The notes under the pieces were generated by a model. It was given only the letters and a program-made list of their open reading frames with translations, ran no database searches and was not told where the DNA came from. DNA of 64,000 bases. It comes from an uncultured Phycisphaerales bacterium (lineage in GTDB: Bacteria; Planctomycetota; Phycisphaerae; Phycisphaerales; SM1A02). Positions 9,314 to 19,281 of this stretch are shown here, piece by piece. The stretch lies in contig CALKEP010000005.1 in NCBI GenBank assembly GCA_938084645.1, positions 16,771 to 80,770 of the forward strand, given 5' to 3'. A program made the translations under genes and the position numbers. How positions within the stretch are numbered: position 1 is the stretch's first letter; each line of letters begins with the position of its first letter.

Positions 9314-10660
9314 ATGTCCAGGACCCAACGTCGCGTCGTCATTTCCGGCCTCGGCCCCATCACCCCAGCCGGTGTGGGCATCGATGCCATGTGGAAGAAA
9401 TCCTGCGAGGGCGGCAGCGCCATCACCCGCATCGAAGCCTTCGATGCGAGTGGATTCCGCAGTCGTCACGGCGGGGGGATCTCCAGGGAACTCTTCAACG
9501 TCCGCGATGCGGTGCCCAAGTCGTATCGCAAGGCGACGAAGGTCATGGCTCGGGACACCGAATTCGCGGTCGGCGGCGCGGCGGCCGCGGTGGCGGACGC
9601 GGGGCTGCTCACCAAGGCCGCAGGCGACGAACCACCCACCATCGCCCCCGATCGGATGGGATGCCACATCGGGGCGGGTCTCATCGCCGCCGACATCGAC
9701 GAACTCACCATGGCGCTCTCCAGGTCCGTCGACGATGCCGGTGACTTCGACTACGCGGCCTGGGGCGAACGGGGAATGGGCAACCTGACGCCGTTGTGGC
9801 TTCTGAAGTACCTCCCGAACATGCTGGCGTGCCACGTCACGATCATCCACGACTGCCAGGCGCCGTCGAACACCATCACCTGTGCCGAGTCGAGCGCGAC
9901 GCTCTCGATCGGCGAATCGATGCGGGTCATCCAGCGTGGTGCCGCGGACGTCTGCCTCTCCGGGGGATGCGACTCGAAGCTCAACCCGATGGCCCTGCTT
10001 CGCCAGCAGTTCGCCGATCGGATCGCGGAGACGGGGGACGACGACGCGACCGCCCACGAGGCGGTGCGGCCCTACGCCGCCGACGCCGACGGCACGCTGG
10101 CCGGCGAGGGTGGTGGGATCCTCGTCCTCGAAGCCCTCGACTCGGTCCGCGAACGCGGGGTACGGGCCTATGCCGAGGTCGCCGGATTCGGAGCGGCCCA
10201 GTCCGACTGCCCGGACACCGTCGGGATGAGGTTCGCCGAAGACGATCCGGGGCTCGAAAGCGCGATCCGTCAGGCCCTCCGCGCCGCGAAGCTCGAACCG
10301 TCCGACATCGACGCCATCGTTCCGAGCGGCACCGGGATCCCCGACGTCGACGCGGCGGATCGACGCGGCATGAAGGCCGTGTTCGGCGACCGGCTCCCTG
10401 AGATACCGATCATCCTCCCGATACCGGTCTTCGGGCTCTGCGGTGCCGGGATCGGTGCGATCTCCGTCTCGATCGCCGCCAAGGCGATCGAACAGCAGCG
10501 ACTGCCCGCCCGCGTCAATGCGGATTCGATCGAGGGGCTCGACGCCGCCGCGGCCGATTCGCGGGAGGCCGACCTCGGCTCGATCCTGGTGTTCACCACG
10601 AATCTCGGCGGGCAGTCCGCCGCCGTGGTCCTGACCCGCATCGAGGAGGACGCCCGATGA
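9314..10660 (+). CDS. FabF-like beta-ketoacyl synthase lacking both catalytic His residues (chain-length-factor-like)
   Basis: RRVVISGLGPITPAG, PNMLACH and GEGGGILVLE support a KS fold. Cys is kept (TCAESS), but HGT is replaced by SGT and GH by GL. Confidence 0.85.
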   Translation: MSRTQRRVVISGLGPITPAGVGIDAMWKKSCEGGSAITRIEAFDASGFRSRHGGGISRELFNVRDAVPKSYRKATKVMARDTEFAVGGAAAAVADAGLLTKAAGDEPPTIAPDRMGCHIGAGLIAADIDELTMALSRSVDDAGDFDYAAWGERGMGNLTPLWLLKYLPNMLACHVTIIHDCQAPSNTITCAESSATLSIGESMRVIQRGAADVCLSGGCDSKLNPMALLRQQFADRIAETGDDDATAHEAVRPYAADADGTLAGEGGGILVLEALDSVRERGVRAYAEVAGFGAAQSDCPDTVGMRFAEDDPGLESAIRQALRAAKLEPSDIDAIVPSGTGIPDVDAADRRGMKAVFGDRLPEIPIILPIPVFGLCGAGIGAISVSIAAKAIEQQRLPARVNADSIEGLDAAAADSREADLGSILVFTTNLGGQSAAVVLTRIEEDAR

Positions 10661-11988
10661 CCGTCGAGCGAAACGACAAGGAACGCGTCGTCATCACCGG
10701 CATGGGCTGGGTCACGCCGCTCGGCTGCGACCTCGACACCGTGTGGCGGCGACTGATGGCCGCGGACAGCGGCATGGCGCCGATCACCCGCTTCGATGCC
10801 GCGACCTTCCCCACCACGTTCGCGGCGGAGGTCCGGGACTTCGACGTCGACGACTTCGTGGACGATCCCACGATCCACGCCGATGCCGGCCTCAACGTCC
10901 AGTTCGCCCTGGGTGCCGCGCGACAGGCGTGGACGCAGGCGGGCCTCGCGGCGGGGAGCTTCGATCCGCTCCGGGCCGGGCTCTACCTCGGGGCGGGCGA
11001 GGGCGTCCTCGACTTCGACAACTACGCGGGCAGCAACATCGCCGGCTGGAACGACGAAACGCGTCGTGTCGATGGTGTCCGGTGGGTCGAGGAGGCGCTG
11101 AAGACGATGAGCGCGATGCGGGAGATCGAGCAGGAGCCGAACATGCCGCTGGCCCATCTGGGTCGTGAGTTCGGGCTCCGTGGCCCCGCCTACAACTGTC
11201 TGACCGCGTGCGCCGCCAGCACCCAGGCGATCGGCGAAGCGACCGACATCCTCCGCCGCGGCGACGCCGACCTGATGCTCTCGGGCGGCACGCACACCAT
11301 GATCCACCCCCTCGGGGTCACCGGCTTCAACCGGCTCACCGCGCTGTCCCAGCACGACGGCGATCCGACCGAGGCTTCGAAGCCGTTCGATCGAACCCGC
11401 GGTGGCTTCGTGATGGGCGAGGGCTCCGGAATGGTGGTGCTCGAGACCCTCGAGCACGCCCGAAGCCGCGGGGCCACGCCGATCGTCGAGGTCCTCGGGT
11501 ACGGATCGAGCTGCGACGCCTACCGGATCACCGACATCCAGCCGGACGGCCGAGGCGCCGCCGCGGCCATGGAACAGGCGCTCGAGGAAGCGGGCATGAC
11601 GCCGACCGGCACCGATGCCGACGGTCGTCCCTGCGTCCACTACATCTCCGCCCACGGAACCGGGACGAAGGAGAACGACTCGATCGAGACCCGCGCCGTG
11701 AAGCGGGTGTTCGGGGAGCTCGCGCCGTCGATCCCCATGAGCTCGATCAAGAGCATGATGGGCCACCTGATCGCGGCGGCGGGTGCGGTGGAGTTGATCA
11801 CCAGCGCGATGGCGATCAAGCACGGCATGGTTCCGCCGACGCGGAACCTCCACCATCCCGACCCCGATCTCGATCTCGACTACGTGCCCAACGAGGCCCG
11901 GGTCGCCCAGGTCGACGTCGCGCTCTCCAACAACTTCGGGTTCGGGGGTCAGAACGACACTCTCGTGATCTCCCGGTTCGAGGATTGA
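10657..11988 (+). CDS. fabF: Beta-ketoacyl-ACP synthase II family protein
   Basis: TACAAS (Cys), SAHGTGT (His), KSMMGHLIAAAG (His) and SNNFGFGG. ATGA overlap with the upstream KS. Confidence 0.92.
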   Translation: MTVERNDKERVVITGMGWVTPLGCDLDTVWRRLMAADSGMAPITRFDAATFPTTFAAEVRDFDVDDFVDDPTIHADAGLNVQFALGAARQAWTQAGLAAGSFDPLRAGLYLGAGEGVLDFDNYAGSNIAGWNDETRRVDGVRWVEEALKTMSAMREIEQEPNMPLAHLGREFGLRGPAYNCLTACAASTQAIGEATDILRRGDADLMLSGGTHTMIHPLGVTGFNRLTALSQHDGDPTEASKPFDRTRGGFVMGEGSGMVVLETLEHARSRGATPIVEVLGYGSSCDAYRITDIQPDGRGAAAAMEQALEEAGMTPTGTDADGRPCVHYISAHGTGTKENDSIETRAVKRVFGELAPSIPMSSIKSMMGHLIAAAGAVELITSAMAIKHGMVPPTRNLHHPDPDLDLDYVPNEARVAQVDVALSNNFGFGGQNDTLVISRFED

Positions 11989-11994
11989 CCGGCG

Positions 11995-12657
11995 GTGGCC
12001 GCCGGGTCGAAGACATCTCGAACCCGTCGTCGTCGGATCATCGCCGCGGTCGCCGGTGGCGCATCGGTGCTGGGCCTGATCGCGGCCGGGCTCGCGCTCG
12101 TCGGCCCGGCATGGTGGTTCCCCGCCACGGATGACCCGCAGGTCGCCATTCGCGGAAACGCGATCGAACAGGGGATCGCCTCCACGGTGACCCGGGTTCG
12201 TCAGGATGCCGCGCCCTGGGGATTCGCGATCGGCGAGGACGATGTCAACGACTGGCTCGCCTCGAGACTCGATCCCTGGCTGGCACACGACGATCGCTTC
12301 CGGCTTCCCGCGGGCTGGACCGATCCGCGGATTCGCTTCGACGAGGACGCGATCCGGCTCGCGGTGCGATCACCGGCGGGACCGGTGGTGGTCTTCGATC
12401 TCGTCCCCAGGCTCGAGTCGACGGCGGTGATCCTCGATCTCGACGGCACGTCGATGGGGCGGCTGCCCGTCCCCGACTTCCTTTCGAATCCGATGCTGCC
12501 GGAGTCGCTGTCGGTGGACGGCGGTCCGGACCGGGCTTCGCCGGGCTTCCTGAACCTGCCTCGAGACTTCGAGCTCGGCGACGGTCGGCGGATCCGGATC
12601 GAGGATCTCGAAGTCGTGGCCGGCGAGATGGGGATCCGCTTTCGAACCCTGCCCTGA
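11995..12657 (+). CDS. Hypothetical protein with an N-terminal membrane anchor
   Basis: Basic stretch plus TM, then a beta-rich domain. Starts 6 nt after the fabF stop. Confidence 0.7.
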   Translation: MAAGSKTSRTRRRRIIAAVAGGASVLGLIAAGLALVGPAWWFPATDDPQVAIRGNAIEQGIASTVTRVRQDAAPWGFAIGEDDVNDWLASRLDPWLAHDDRFRLPAGWTDPRIRFDEDAIRLAVRSPAGPVVVFDLVPRLESTAVILDLDGTSMGRLPVPDFLSNPMLPESLSVDGGPDRASPGFLNLPRDFELGDGRRIRIEDLEVVAGEMGIRFRTLP

Positions 12658-12839
12658 CCGTCGGAGATTCCGCGCGACGGTGGACAGGCATGATCTTCTG
12701 GTCGGGTCGGGAATCGACCGAATCTCCAGAGTCGAGCCGGTCAGTCGACGCGATCGGCCACGTTCTCCGATGATGCGAACGTTGGTTCCAGCGTTCCTTC
12801 CCCGTTCCCGAGACCATCCCCGCCCGAGCGAGGCACTCG

Positions 12840-15692
12840 ATGCCGGCACATCCCACGCCGATCCATCTGGGATTCCGATCACCGCTCGCGACCGCCGCCT
12901 CGATCCTGCTCGATCGACCGACGGACGTGCTGGGTGAGGTCGACCTGTCGCGGGTGCTGGTCGTGGTTCCCGGCGGGCGGGCGGGTCGTCAGTTGCTGCT
13001 GGCGATGGTCGTCGAAGCCGAGGCGCGCGGCATCCGGTTCGTCCCGCCGCGCACCACGACGCCGTCCGAACTCGTCTTTTCGATTCGCGGTCGCCCGGAT
13101 CAGGCGGTGGCGGACCGTCCGCTTCACCGTGGCGTGCTCGCCGGCGTCCTCGGTGCCGCCGACGCGGACGATCTTGCGGGCGTGATTCGTCCCGATGCCG
13201 ATTGGATCGAGCGTTTCACGGTCGCGGATGCGTTGCTCGACGCGGATCGCATCGTCGCAGCGGCCGGACACGACTGGGGAGACGTGGTCTCGACGGTCGA
13301 ACGGTCCGTGGAACTCGGTGGCGAGTCGGATCGATATCGACGCATCGGTGCCCTCCTGACCCGGGCCGAAGCCGATCTCGGAGCCCTGGGGCTGCTCGCA
13401 CCCGAAACGGCGAAGCGTCGGCTGATCGAGGAGGCAACACCGGAGACTCGAGGATCCGCAGCGCTCGACGCGCCGGAGGAGATCGTCCTGCTCGGCGTCG
13501 TGGATCTGTCGGCCCGGGACGAAGCGGTGCTCGCAGGAGCCACGGTCCACACGATGATCCTGGCGGAGGCGGTCGAGGATGGCGACGACCGTCGTTTCGA
13601 CGCGGTCGGAAGACTGGTCCCCGCGTCCTGGATCGCGACGCCACCGGTGATTCCCCTCGAGTCCCTGCGGATCGAGGACAAGCCGATCGACGAGGCCGAA
13701 GCGGTGGTCGAGATGCTCGTGGAGGAGGCGAGCACCACCGAAGCGGGACGCCTCGATCCGGAGTCGGTCGCCATCGTGGTGGCGGACGAGTCGGCCGCCG
13801 AGTCGTTTCGGCGCGAGATCGAAGCCGCAGGCGCCACCGTCCACCTCGCCGGCGGCCGGGCGTTTGCGCGAAGCGGGCTCGCCCGCACGCTCGGGACGCT
13901 CGCGATCCACCTGGAGCGAAACGACTCGGACGGATTCGGTCGTCTGGTCGCGGATCCGGCCTTCGCGGCCGCGATCGGCCGGCGACTCGACGGCCTTGAT
14001 GCGGCCGCCGCGTGGTCCCGCTGGTCCGAATCCGACATGCCGCGTCCCCTCGCCGAGGGATGGCCGGGCGACCCGGAGACCTGCGAACGCTCGGGTCATG
14101 CGGCCGCCCGTCGAACCCTCCACGCCGCCGATGCGGTTCTCTCGGACATCCTCGCACCGCTCGGCGACGCGGAGACGGACCGACTCGATCGAATGCTCAC
14201 CGGACTGCTCGAGGTCCTGCAACGACTGGACGACGAGGACGCGGCGGGACTCTGGTCGGAGGAGATCCTCCGCGTGGTGCGGGACGCGGTCGGCGGCCTC
14301 GTTCCGCTTCCGGCGGAACTCCAGCCGAACGTCACCGCGGCCGAGGCGATTCGACTCCTGCTCCGCACCCTCGAGCAGGCTCGACTTCCCGATCCGCCGG
14401 ATCCGGCCGCGATCGAGACCATCGGCTGGCTCGAGGCGCCGTTCGATCCGGCGGGACGCGTCATCGTCACCGGCTGTCACGATGCGGCGCTGCCGGGTCG
14501 GTTCACCGATCCCGTCCTGCCGGATTCGCTCCGGGCGACGATGGGTCTCGAGGACGAGGCGCGTCGGCACGCCCGGGATCTCTGGGTGCTCTCCACGATC
14601 CTGGGTCGCGACCCGGACGCCCGTTTCCTCGTGCCGCGGCGCGATCCCCGGGGCGAACCGCGGGTGCCGTCCCGACTGGTGTTCGGGGACCGGGGGCCCG
14701 CCCTGGCGGAACGCGTCGTCGAGGTCTTCACGAAGCCTTCGGCCCGGAACCGCGGCGGCGTGGGCGTGTCGGGGTTCGGTCGGCCGCGACCGACCTGGGC
14801 GGACGAGGGGGCGCGAACCGTCACCATCGATCGACTCTCGGTCACGGCCTTCCGCGACTACCTCGCGTCGCCGTATCGGTTCTGGCTGAAGCACGTGCTC
14901 GGCCTCCGTGGCCCCGAACCGGTCGGTCGCGAACTCGATGCCCGGACCTTCGGCACCGTGCTTCACCACGCGGTGGAGGTGTTCGGAAAACAGGACATCG
15001 TGCGACTTGCGGCGGGCGAGCGGCCTTGCACGGATCCCGATCGGATCCACGACGCCATGGTCGGGGCGATGTCGGACGCGATCGATCGCATGTGCGGATC
15101 CAGCCGGGGCGCGGGACTTCTCCTGCAGGAGCGGATCCTCACCGCGCGACTTCGTGAGGTCGCGAACCGACAGGCGGAACTCGCGCGGGATGGCTGGCGG
15201 ATCCATGCGGTCGAAGACCGGCTCGATGCGCTGCTCGACATCCCGGGTGAAGCGCCGATGCCGGTGCGGGGACGGATCGATCGCATCGATCATCATCCCG
15301 AACTCGGCTGGCGATTGATCGACTTCAAGACCTCCGATTCCGGCAAGACGCCGGATCGCAGCCATCGCACCAGGGACCGCTGGATCGATCTCCAGCTGCC
15401 GCTCTATCGCGGCCTCCACGCCGGGACCCTGCCCGACGCGCCACCGCCTTCGGAGGTCGCCACGGGCTACTTCCTCGTCACCGCGGACCCCGGGAAGATC
15501 GGCTTCGCGCCGTCCAAGAAGATCGACGAGTTGCACGAAGAGGCGATGGACATGGCGCGGGAGGTCGTGCGAAACATCCGTGACGGCAACTTCGATCTCA
15601 CCGGCGATCCGCCGTGGGACGGAGATCCCATCGCGCTCGTGCAGCGGATCCGGTCCCTCGGTGTCGAGGACGACGGGGAGGGCGAGGGATGA
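12840..15692 (+). CDS. addB: AddB/RexB-like protein with a C-terminal PD-(D/E)XK nuclease
   Basis: LSVTAFRDYL..PYRF, FGTVLH, RGRIDRID, IDFKT and LQLPLY motifs; degenerate helicase-like N-terminus. Its stop overlaps the addA start. Confidence 0.85.
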   Translation: MPAHPTPIHLGFRSPLATAASILLDRPTDVLGEVDLSRVLVVVPGGRAGRQLLLAMVVEAEARGIRFVPPRTTTPSELVFSIRGRPDQAVADRPLHRGVLAGVLGAADADDLAGVIRPDADWIERFTVADALLDADRIVAAAGHDWGDVVSTVERSVELGGESDRYRRIGALLTRAEADLGALGLLAPETAKRRLIEEATPETRGSAALDAPEEIVLLGVVDLSARDEAVLAGATVHTMILAEAVEDGDDRRFDAVGRLVPASWIATPPVIPLESLRIEDKPIDEAEAVVEMLVEEASTTEAGRLDPESVAIVVADESAAESFRREIEAAGATVHLAGGRAFARSGLARTLGTLAIHLERNDSDGFGRLVADPAFAAAIGRRLDGLDAAAAWSRWSESDMPRPLAEGWPGDPETCERSGHAAARRTLHAADAVLSDILAPLGDAETDRLDRMLTGLLEVLQRLDDEDAAGLWSEEILRVVRDAVGGLVPLPAELQPNVTAAEAIRLLLRTLEQARLPDPPDPAAIETIGWLEAPFDPAGRVIVTGCHDAALPGRFTDPVLPDSLRATMGLEDEARRHARDLWVLSTILGRDPDARFLVPRRDPRGEPRVPSRLVFGDRGPALAERVVEVFTKPSARNRGGVGVSGFGRPRPTWADEGARTVTIDRLSVTAFRDYLASPYRFWLKHVLGLRGPEPVGRELDARTFGTVLHHAVEVFGKQDIVRLAAGERPCTDPDRIHDAMVGAMSDAIDRMCGSSRGAGLLLQERILTARLREVANRQAELARDGWRIHAVEDRLDALLDIPGEAPMPVRGRIDRIDHHPELGWRLIDFKTSDSGKTPDRSHRTRDRWIDLQLPLYRGLHAGTLPDAPPPSEVATGYFLVTADPGKIGFAPSKKIDELHEEAMDMAREVVRNIRDGNFDLTGDPPWDGDPIALVQRIRSLGVEDDGEGEG

Positions 15693-18600
15693 TGCACGAC
15701 CCGCAGGGTGAACTCGAATTCGTGCCGGATCCCGGGGTCGGGGCCGACCTCGATGCGACCGAGTCGTCGGAGATCGCGGATGCCGGGATCGATGCGATCG
15801 GTGACGGTCCGCGGCACCTGCGGATCCTCGCCTCCGCCGGCACCGGAAAGACCTTCCGGCTGGTGGGCCGTTTCCTCGAACTGGTCGATCGTGGGGTCGA
15901 ACCCGAACGCATTCTCGCCACGACCTTCACGCGGGCGGCGGCGGGGGAGATCCGGGATCGGATCTTCCGCGACGCCGCGGCGCTGGTGGTCGATCCCGAG
16001 AAGCGGGAGGAGGCGATTCGCGAACGTGGACTGGCGCGGTCGACGATGGCGGCTGCGGAAGCCGCGTCGCTGCTCGAGCGACTGGTGAAGGCGATGCCGG
16101 GCCTGCAGGTCCGGACCCTCGACAGCGTCTTCGCCTCGATCGCCGCGGGCCTCGGTCCGGCATCGGGCATTCCCGCGGGGGCGCGACTCGTCGAGGCGGA
16201 CGAATCCGCCGCGATCCTTCGAGACGCGATCGATGTCACGGTGTCCGAGACGGACGCGGACGCGATGCTCGAGACGCTCGAGACGCTCGGTTCCCGCGGC
16301 ACCAAGGTCACGATCGTCCCGGTCGTCGAACGCGCCGTCGCGAACCTCCTCACCCTGCATCAGGAATCGACCGCGGATGCGTGGGACTGGTCCGCGCCGC
16401 CGCGCGACGACGAGGATCTCGCGCGGATTCGCGACCTCCTGCTGGACGAGAACGCCGCGAAGGCGTGGACGGCGGGCGTTCGAAAGGCGACGACGAAGAT
16501 CGCGCGGCTCATCGACGAGGTCTGTGCCCGCGACGGCGGCGGGTGGATCCTCATCGCGAAGGAGACGATCATCAAGGCCGCGGTGAACGGCGTCGACTAT
16601 TCGAGGAAGCCCGTACCCGACGAACTGGTGGCGCCCCTTCAGGATCTCGCCGTGCATGCGGCGGCGGGAAACCTCCGGAACATGGGTCACCGGACGGCGT
16701 GCATCCGTGACCTCCTCGGTCGGATCGGACCTCGGATCGCCGATCTCAAGCAACGGAACCGCATCGCGGAGTTCGACGATTTCACCCGCTCGCTCGACGC
16801 CCTTCGGGGCGGAGCCGGTCCCGGTGATCTCGAGGAGCTCTGGTATCGACTCGATTCCCGGATCGAGCATCTCCTGCTCGACGAGTTCCAGGACACGTCC
16901 GCGACGCAGTGGCGGGCGCTTCGCCCCATCGCGTCCGAGATCGCGAGCGTCTCGGACGGCACGCGTTCGCTCTTCGTGGTGGGTGACGTCAAGCAGTCGA
17001 TCTACGGCTGGCGTGGCGGTGACCCGCGGATCCTCCGCAATCTCGAACGCATCACGACCGAGGGGGAGATCGAATTCGTCGAGGAGGAGCTCGAGAAGTC
17101 CTTCCGTTCGAGCCCGGCGGTGATCGAACTCGTGAACACGCTCTGCGGCGAGATCGCCGGGGATCCGGCGCTGCTGGAGCATGCAGGCGGCGCCGCGGCG
17201 GCGTTCGGCGAACTGTTCCGCGAACATCGGACCGCTCGGACTTCGCTCGACGGCGTCGCCACCATCGAACGACTGCCCGAGCCCGACGCCGACGCCGGTG
17301 AGGATGATTCGATGATCCTCGCCCGGGGCGCCGCGGAGGCGGCGCAGCGGCTCGTCCAGCGACATGGTCTCGAGGATGCGGAGGGACGTCCGACCGTCGC
17401 GGTCCTGGTGCGGGCGAACAAGCGGATCGGACCGATCGTCGAGGCGCTTCGCGGGCTCGGGATTCCGGCGACCGGTCGGGGAGGTGGATCGCTCCTCGAT
17501 GCGGAGGCGGCCACCGTGATGATCCAGGCGATGCGACTCGCGGCGGACGTCCGCGATTCGCTCGCGGCGGACGATCTCGCGCGGTCGCCGCTCGCCACGG
17601 TCCTCGGTGTTTCGAGCCCCACGGCCGACGAACCGCTGCCGATGTCCGAGCGGATCGGACTCTCGCGATCGCTTCGCGATCGGTTCTCCGAGGATGGGGT
17701 CGCCCCCGTGATCGATGGGTGGCGGCGACGGCTCGAGCCGGATCTCACGGTGCGGGAGACGGTTCGCCTTCGACAGCTGGTCGAGATCGTCGAGGGACTC
17801 GAGGCGGATCCGACCATCGCACGCGGACCCGGCGAGCTCGCGGCGATCCTCGGTTCGGTGGTGGTCGAGGATCCGGGGGGCGAGGGCGTGGTCGTCATGA
17901 ACATCCACCAGTCGAAGGGCCTGGAGTTCGAGGGCGTGGTGGTGACGGATCTGGCGGGCGACCTGTTCCGGAGTCCGGAAGTGGCACGATCCACGCCGGC
18001 CCTGCCGACGACGGCGATCGACCGGGTCGCGACCTGGTACGCCGAAGAAGCCCGCCCGGAAGACGCCCTCGGGATCCATCGCGAGACGACCGATCGCATC
18101 GTGCTCGAGGCGTTGTGCGGGTTCTACGTCGCGTTGACGCGGGCGTCGCGCGATCTCGTCGTCCAGGTGCCGCCCGCGAAGTTCGGGGCGAAGAACGAAG
18201 AACACAAGAAGAGCCACTTCTCGACCGCGGGCATCGTGCGTCGAGCGATCGGCATCGCCGATCCGCCGGATGACGATGCCGCGGATGTCGAATCCGGTTT
18301 CGAGTCCGAGGTGTCGCTCGAGCCGCTGGAGGCGATCGAGGTCCATCGTGCCCGGGCGTCGGTCGAGCGTGACGCCTCGCCGACCGATCGACCCGATCGA
18401 GCGGCGTGCGCTCGTCCGAACCTCGTCGTCGAACGTCGGTCCCGACGACGGCGTGCGGTGGCGGTCAAGCCGCCATCCTCGTTCCACGCCGACCGGTCGG
18501 AACTCTTCCGGGTCCGCGGTGCGGACGCGGCGGACCGAGGGACCGCGATCCATGCGTGCTTCGAACGCATCGAATGGGCCGCCGACCTCGACGTGGTCGG

Positions 18601-19063
18601 GGACGACGTCCTCGACGCCCGGATCCGGAACGCGGTACCGGGTCGGCTTGAAGCCTGGCGAGCGGACTGCATCCGCGACTTCCGGGCGGCGTGTTCGAGT
18701 CCGGCGATCCGGGCCCTGCTCGACCGGCCGGGAGACGACGCCGTCGTCCGTCGCGAACGACGGTTCGTTTCGGTCGGGCCATCCGGGGTCCAGCAGGGGT
18801 CGATCGATCGGCTCGTCCTCCGTCTGGATCCCGAGGGGTCGACGACCGGGGACGGGGTTCGCGAGGCGTGGATCGTCGATTTCAAGACCGACCGGATCGA
18901 GGGTGATCCGGATCAGGTGGCGGCGACGCTGCTCGCGCGTCATGCGGAGCAGTTGACCGGGTACCGGGAGGCGGTGGCGGCGATCTACGAGCTGCCCGTG
19001 GCCAAGGTCAGAGCCTCCGTGGTCGGGATCGACGCCGGGGTCGTGGCCGACCTCGCGGACTGA
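15689..19063 (+). CDS. addA: AddA/RecB-like UvrD helicase-nuclease
   Basis: ASAGTGKT, TFTRAAA, LLDEFQDT, VGDVKQSIYGWRG, HQSKGLEF and YVALTRA; C-terminal GSIDRL..IVDFKT nuclease. Confidence 0.92.
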   Translation: MMHDPQGELEFVPDPGVGADLDATESSEIADAGIDAIGDGPRHLRILASAGTGKTFRLVGRFLELVDRGVEPERILATTFTRAAAGEIRDRIFRDAAALVVDPEKREEAIRERGLARSTMAAAEAASLLERLVKAMPGLQVRTLDSVFASIAAGLGPASGIPAGARLVEADESAAILRDAIDVTVSETDADAMLETLETLGSRGTKVTIVPVVERAVANLLTLHQESTADAWDWSAPPRDDEDLARIRDLLLDENAAKAWTAGVRKATTKIARLIDEVCARDGGGWILIAKETIIKAAVNGVDYSRKPVPDELVAPLQDLAVHAAAGNLRNMGHRTACIRDLLGRIGPRIADLKQRNRIAEFDDFTRSLDALRGGAGPGDLEELWYRLDSRIEHLLLDEFQDTSATQWRALRPIASEIASVSDGTRSLFVVGDVKQSIYGWRGGDPRILRNLERITTEGEIEFVEEELEKSFRSSPAVIELVNTLCGEIAGDPALLEHAGGAAAAFGELFREHRTARTSLDGVATIERLPEPDADAGEDDSMILARGAAEAAQRLVQRHGLEDAEGRPTVAVLVRANKRIGPIVEALRGLGIPATGRGGGSLLDAEAATVMIQAMRLAADVRDSLAADDLARSPLATVLGVSSPTADEPLPMSERIGLSRSLRDRFSEDGVAPVIDGWRRRLEPDLTVRETVRLRQLVEIVEGLEADPTIARGPGELAAILGSVVVEDPGGEGVVVMNIHQSKGLEFEGVVVTDLAGDLFRSPEVARSTPALPTTAIDRVATWYAEEARPEDALGIHRETTDRIVLEALCGFYVALTRASRDLVVQVPPAKFGAKNEEHKKSHFSTAGIVRRAIGIADPPDDDAADVESGFESEVSLEPLEAIEVHRARASVERDASPTDRPDRAACARPNLVVERRSRRRRAVAVKPPSSFHADRSELFRVRGADAADRGTAIHACFERIEWAADLDVVGDDVLDARIRNAVPGRLEAWRADCIRDFRAACSSPAIRALLDRPGDDAVVRRERRFVSVGPSGVQQGSIDRLVLRLDPEGSTTGDGVREAWIVDFKTDRIEGDPDQVAATLLARHAEQLTGYREAVAAIYELPVAKVRASVVGIDAGVVADLAD

Positions 19064-19281
19064 GATCGCTGGGAACGGGGTTTCGGAGCCCGGCCTCGTG
19101 AGTCCGACGTCCTGAACCCGGCCCGGCAACACCGATTTCGACCTCCGTCATCGACGCTCGAGGAACCCCGATCCGGAGGCCGGAGGGGCCCGAATCCGGC
19201 GTTCTTTCGGGGACGCCTCCTTCATGGGCCTGATACCATCCAAAATCGTCTTTGAGTGCCTCGTATCGACCGGAAAACCGC

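Noticed and set aside
15467..19132. 1221-aa minus-strand ORF (also 12879..15536)
   Set aside because: Antisense to addA/addB; long stop-free shadow frames are expected at this GC content.
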